A stretch of DNA of 64,000 nt from a virus, in the IMG/VR virus record IMGVR_UViG_3300025120_000019, one strand, 5' to 3'. Below are positions 61,201-64,000 of this stretch, piece by piece. Positions within the stretch are counted from its first letter, which is position 1. Each line of letters starts with the position of its first letter. The notes under the pieces were generated by a model. It was not told where the DNA came from. It searched no databases and worked only from the letters and a program-made list of their open reading frames with translations. The translations under genes were made by a program, and so were the position numbers.

Positions 61201-64000
61201 TGGCGTAACTTTCGTAGTTAACAACCTCGCTAACTGTATATCTATCATTGAGTAACTCAAAAGTATATGCTTGTGGCCTTCTGTTAGATATATTTGTTAA
61301 GGTAGTGGTTTTATTATCAAATACTGTTGCACTATTATCAAATGTTGTTGCATCAATATTTTTTCCGTTTATTCCAATGACACATAGTTTATTTCCTGCA
61401 AAATCAACTTTATATCCAAATCTTTCATTTACTGAACTATTTGGTGCTACTAATAATTGTGTATTTTCAAATGCAAGTGTAGTAGTATTATATTTGTAAA
61501 TAAAAACAACACCTTGATCAATTCCTGTTTCGCTACTATCTGCAACATCTGCAAGATTAGCTCCAACTGCAATATAATTTCCATCATCACTTAATGCTAA
61601 ACTGTCACCCCACAACATATCTACTTGAGGTGTAGTTAAAATTTCGTAAAATGCGTATCTGCCTTCTTGCTTGCGGTAGACATATACTTGGAATTCTTGA
61701 CTTGTATTATTATATGCTGTAAATGCTAACACTTCTCCATTAGAACTGACATCTATATTTTTTCCAGCATCTATTGTATTATTAAATGCTGTGCTATCAG
61801 TATCTCCGTCAAGAATACCTGCTGAATATGGTAGATAGCCAAATCTGTCAATTCCTATATCTGTTGTTTTCCAAGCATTTCCATCTGTAGGATCAGCACC
61901 ACCTGGTACTATATTAACTTTAGCTTTATACAATACCCCGTCATAGAAAACAATTTCATTTATCCTATAAGAATAAATTGTATTATACTCACCTCTGTAT
62001 TCAGAGTCTTGTGTGCCTTTAAATTCTTTGTTCAAATAGATTGTATCATATATGTATATACGACCATTGTTTCCTTCGCTACGGACAAATACCTGATACT
62101 TTTCATCAGTACTAAACGCAGTTTCTAATCCTATACCAAATTTTTCGTCAGCTGTAGGATTAGATGAAATAAACTGTTCTAACAGTACAAAAGTTGCATC
62201 TAATTGTTTTTGATAAACATATACTATACCTTGATTGCTAAGAGATGATGCTGATCCATCAGCATCTGCTGGAATTTTATAAATTTGTTCCCAGTCTTGA
62301 CTATCTGTATGTATTGTGCTACTATCATCATCAGTTTCTCTTAATGATTTCCATAAATTACCTCTGTCACTAACAATATCATCTTTAAAAATTTGACCAG
62401 TTACACTTCCGATTTCTCCTCTATATCTTGTTTTAACAAGACTTGCCAAAGGCGCAGATATAAACAAAAATTGTCCATCGTGTGCAAACTTAATTTTTTG
62501 TCCAAATCCACTAGACGAACCATGAAATCCTGCTGGTAATTCTATAGTTTGTACAGCACTTAATTGAGAACTTTCACTTGCTCTATTAAATATAAAAACT
62601 TTTTCATCCTCTGGACGACCTACTGCAACAATAGAATTTGCATCGTTACTATCAAAGCTTGATGCAAATTTACCATCGCCTTCTAGTTGATTTGTAATTT
62701 CTTGTTTTCCTGTTACAATTTTTTTATTGCGAAACACGCCAAATTTATTGTTTGCTACATTATCAATCCATATTGTATCATTTTCTCGTAATCCATATTC
62801 GTTAATATCTGCATTTACAAGCTCAGGAGTATTGTATCGTTTTGATAATAATTTTGTTATTATACCTGTAGTGCTATCGCCTAAATCTAAACTTTGATCT
62901 GCTGTAGTAATATCTGCTATAACATTGACAACATTTTCTGTAATTGTATTGACTGTGTAAAATCCATCTAATGACGGTTCAACAAATTGCACTCCAAAAG
63001 TTTCTCCTACTGCGATTTCTGGCGTGCTATCAAAAGTTAAATCAAATCCAGTATCTGTCTTTGTGTAAAGTAAGACTCTGTTTGATGTTTTTACGTGCTG
63101 ATATATATTCCATGAATTCTTTTCAGATGTTACCCATAAAAAATTATCAATTGGAACATTTGTAATATCAAGAGAAAGAATATCAGCTGGTGTTTTAACA
63201 AGAAAATTTACCTGATCTAAACTAACATAACCCGCAGTCTTAGAATATTCTTTTGTACTCCATGTGCTAGGAAACGGTTTTGTAGTGTAATTATTTGGTT
63301 TTATATAAACATTAGGTGTAGTATATTGATAAACTAAATCAGTCCTTGATTCATTTTTGGTATTGACTAATTCAATAATCTGTGGCTCTATTCTAAATTC
63401 TTTCTCATCTAATTGATATTCTAATTCATCAAATACATTAGTAGCACCGTATTGTGCTTTTCTAATTGCCCATTCTTCATAAAATTCTATGCTATCTTTA
63501 TTTGCACTACCTAATTTGTCAAATAATTTTGTTAAACTATTTAGAGTACCTTTATCTTTAATAAATCCTTGGTAAAACTTATATTGACTTATTTCATCTG
63601 GAATTATATTATTAAGATATTCTCTTTTTTGATAACCAATTAAATGCTGTGCTAACCTTTGTTGTTCTGTGTCAAAGTTATCAGTATCTAAATCATAAAA
63701 GTCTGCAAATTGATTAGCTTTGTAATCAAAGTTTGTTTTTAATCCGCTTTCTGGTTTAGAATCTAATCTATTCCAATTTGTAGCATTAAATGTATTTGTT
63801 CCAATTAAAAACCCATTTGCTGAATAGTAATATTCTTTATATTTTACTATATCTCCCAATCCATAATCTTGCCATTGTTGCCATTCATTAATTATAGCCT
63901 CATCATATATAAATCCAGGAATATCTAAATTACCATTCCAATTATTTGTTCTATAACCAACAACATTAATACGTTCTTGCCTATATCCACTTGCTGGATT
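55280..64000 (-). CDS. Giant (>2,900 aa) baseplate wedge/tail structural protein, 5'-truncated by the window
   Basis: The frame stays open from 63859 to 64000 (NPASGYRQERINVVGY...). Contains FG-GAP-like repeats, 'VTDVNIT..GRGY' / 'GSGW...PTVTVSGGG' baseplate-type repeats, 'EVKPY..KIRE' and 'QLQRGTLGT'. Confidence 0.8.
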   Translation of the reverse strand, partial: NPASGYRQERINVVGYRTNNWNGNLDIPGFIYDEAIINEWQQWQDYGLGDIVKYKEYYYSANGFLIGTNTFNATNWNRLDSKPESGLKTNFDYKANQFADFYDLDTDNFDTEQQRLAQHLIGYQKREYLNNIIPDEISQYKFYQGFIKDKGTLNSLTKLFDKLGSANKDSIEFYEEWAIRKAQYGATNVFDELEYQLDEKEFRIEPQIIELVNTKNESRTDLVYQYTTPNVYIKPNNYTTKPFPSTWSTKEYSKTAGYVSLDQVNFLVKTPADILSLDITNVPIDNFLWVTSEKNSWNIYQHVKTSNRVLLYTKTDTGFDLTFDSTPEIAVGETFGVQFVEPSLDGFYTVNTITENVVNVIADITTADQSLDLGDSTTGIITKLLSKRYNTPELVNADINEYGLRENDTIWIDNVANNKFGVFRNKKIVTGKQEITNQLEGDGKFASSFDSNDANSIVAVGRPEDEKVFIFNRASESSQLSAVQTIELPAGFHGSSSGFGQKIKFAHDGQFLFISAPLASLVKTRYRGEIGSVTGQIFKDDIVSDRGNLWKSLRETDDDSSTIHTDSQDWEQIYKIPADADGSASSLSNQGIVYVYQKQLDATFVLLEQFISSNPTADEKFGIGLETAFSTDEKYQVFVRSEGNNGRIYIYDTIYLNKEFKGTQDSEYRGEYNTIYSYRINEIVFYDGVLYKAKVNIVPGGADPTDGNAWKTTDIGIDRFGYLPYSAGILDGDTDSTAFNNTIDAGKNIDVSSNGEVLAFTAYNNTSQEFQVYVYRKQEGRYAFYEILTTPQVDMLWGDSLALSDDGNYIAVGANLADVADSSETGIDQGVVFIYKYNTTTLAFENTQLLVAPNSSVNERFGYKVDFAGNKLCVIGINGKNIDATTFDNSATVFDNKTTTLTNISNRRPQAYTFELLNDRYTVSEVVNYESYATDDFGNTITRDLSTAVDVELVYTNNHLYLGFIGLQTSNTRNGLLFDLRADRDTVNWTTLASATDFTNYDKMRGSFIYDKVTSDLITYLDFIDPIQGKIANAAERELDFKLYYDPAVYNIGSTNTGTVNPWGDEKVGKLLWDLSAVKWYNPYQKNSEYSANVWNKVIPGYSVDIYEWVESKLLPEQWDDIADTTEGLSQGISGKSRYGNLRYTRQNIYDAITGQFSAKYYYWVKNTKVLPPLANRNITASSVASLIEDPASNGYKFLAMFGTDNFGIYNCRSLIRDKDTILHFEYYNTVEVKENNLHREYDLLTEGLETSQPSNTLIKKWIDSLVGYDENKTPVPDPGVSSARRYGILDEPLQTMFVNRAEALKQIIERINLVLAGNLIVDEYNISGLSKKDPVPSAVSRDYDTSIDTESLLRFIGTSKISQATLGITITDGRVTDVNITSAGRGYIDPAFNSANDTKRRGPKVTIQGTGTGAEIETYVNNLGQVIEAVVVNQGKNYSQSTVVTVRPFTALVKADSTLLGFWATYIWNTTDKAWVRVNNQGYDAGLYWNYKDWYKSGYSENTAIDYLVPGSYALGGLKDQLGDIVKVESIGSGGWLLLYKIDNQPEVDYTVNYQTIGRQNGTLELSSLLYNNSKFGFDKAVYDSALYDRDAGQEIRILLNTIKDNIFVDTLLVEWNKLFFSSVRYILSEQLNVDWIFKTAFIKAKHNVGELQQKVTFKNDNLESYTEYVNEVKPYSTKIREYLSSYEKIEPTQTVISDFDLPPRYDEVQGKIIPENAQVINSEIKNYSSFVTTYPQRNWFDNVGFEVTDIKITQGGSGWESSPTVTVSGGGGPTATGTATISGDKVTGIIFNGAGKKYITSPTITFSGTKKDQDAYGVASTDSKAVAILGNSPVRSTHMIIRFDRVSGTYQVTDLNVTTSFTGTGSQILFNVKWPMSVKPADIEITVNSVEQLSSDYVVSNILDTTATYEKYYGQITFTTAPSKNAVISVKYKKDIEYLNAEDRINFFYSPTTGQYGKDLAQLMDGVDYGGVQIDTVSFGANIGFNRGKFGTDAFDDFDANFEDEVFILDGSTANITVSKPFEPGITYNIYYKSITAGVNENPTRLDDPDWVGDSSTFSNPDAIMRSIVGDGITDSFALDVTGINTTDGDTIIVRKSTSDGAVTPTGVTFDTQLTGGDLTNIAGKFSTATGIASGNIVVDGDGFVTPTTSKGPEENVPGQILDTLDIQVYERVNDGQGMITVQNFTTDGTGAEYPLEELPANQDSVIVKLDNIVLSPSQYEIDYIEKILRISDSSLLPVGIHLSVMTIGTNGTNILDSDTFTADGVSKNFITYYQYVSGLTAVVAVNGVVTTNFIISVSGSEYGEDADKVMITLGDTPKANSIITYTLYTGTGQQYSQLAIDTTFSRFVSTNKSHTFGANGAVPLPFNKKPYSHNVLVKKGNTFLDAGYSILHTITQERVYELDNWQFVDQTLIMQSDVLVYINDQYVNPKNYVYDTINGRLSLTSRSVGVAGDKMRVILIDKADYFFVDTKVTLSNAATLVDYEPLDSINFTLNDSTNVVCTIQEFTKVGSDVTILLQGYERDLVLLAEKDDTPTLYFDDSTAFKIDSVTVVESNRLSLKEIPNEDVTIYVFSNHDINEFERLSYRVSYDGTNAPEGSADYLTKNLVSQGHIPLNKEIPGANYAWVFLNGKFLTSQVDYTLSEDGKTVLLSEAPLKNDQIEILYSCATVSKKKFAYRIFKDILNRYHYKRITSAKEYELQSNINWYDLNIVLKDATGLDEPNRESSLPGIIFINGERIEYFAKNNNVLSQLQRGTLGTGVPEVHLTTARVYNQGGSETIPYQDTTYTQTFTGDNSSSTFVLNWTPANINQFDVFVAGSRLIKSSYSLYNSTLDQDSPGGDETISADFSVQNNILTLKTTPGEGVEIKVIRKEGKVWNDKGKSISDSKNTISKFLTDGSIKLTR

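Noticed and set aside
47530-63165. Plus-strand ORFs opposite the tail genes (e.g. 49321..49710, 51025..51600, 53637..54047)
   Set aside because: Same antisense shadow effect; fully overlapped by well-supported minus-strand genes.
1-64000. Stop-codon reassignment, introns/inteins, tRNA or rRNA genes
   Set aside because: The standard code gives dense, tightly coupled full-length ORFs using TAA, TGA and TAG. No split genes, intein motifs or cloverleafs were recognised by eye; tRNAscan/Infernal were not run.

Overview
This AT-rich window comes from a large tailed-phage genome, most likely a jumbo T4-like myovirus. That is inferred from a T4-type RNase H, ATAA(A/G)TA late-promoter-like motifs, tail-collar and baseplate genes and a >2,900-aa structural protein. 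All annotations are by eye from motifs; no database search was run. There are four blocks. (1) 1-8.9 kb, + strand: early/middle genes (3' end of queE, sufT, RNase H, Smr, SWIM finger, MoxR-like AAA+ ATPase with a vWA/metallopeptidase partner) behind sigma70-type promoters. (2) 8.95-13 kb, + strand: a tail-fibre-like protein and an S8 protease with a cupredoxin insert. (3) 13-46.8 kb, mostly - strand: a ~34-kb enzyme island. It holds 12 radical-SAM enzymes in three sub-families, 4 Fe(II)/2OG-type oxygenases plus one degenerate copy, 2 QueC-like PP-loop enzymes, 2 Cys-rich nitroreductase-fold proteins, 2 short SDRs, 4 glycosyltransferase-like proteins, single ATP-grasp, sulfotransferase-, methyltransferase- and GNAT-like proteins, and one embedded tail-fibre paralog. 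(4) 46.9-64 kb, - strand: tail/baseplate genes. Best candidate novel system (inference): the island is a phage-encoded pathway that glycosylates or hypermodifies virion proteins. No RiPP precursor is evident, but the flanking structural proteins repeatedly carry a D-S-[S/T] motif (often [A/G]DDS[S/T]) that could be the acceptor site. No tRNA, rRNA, CRISPR array or transposase was recognised.
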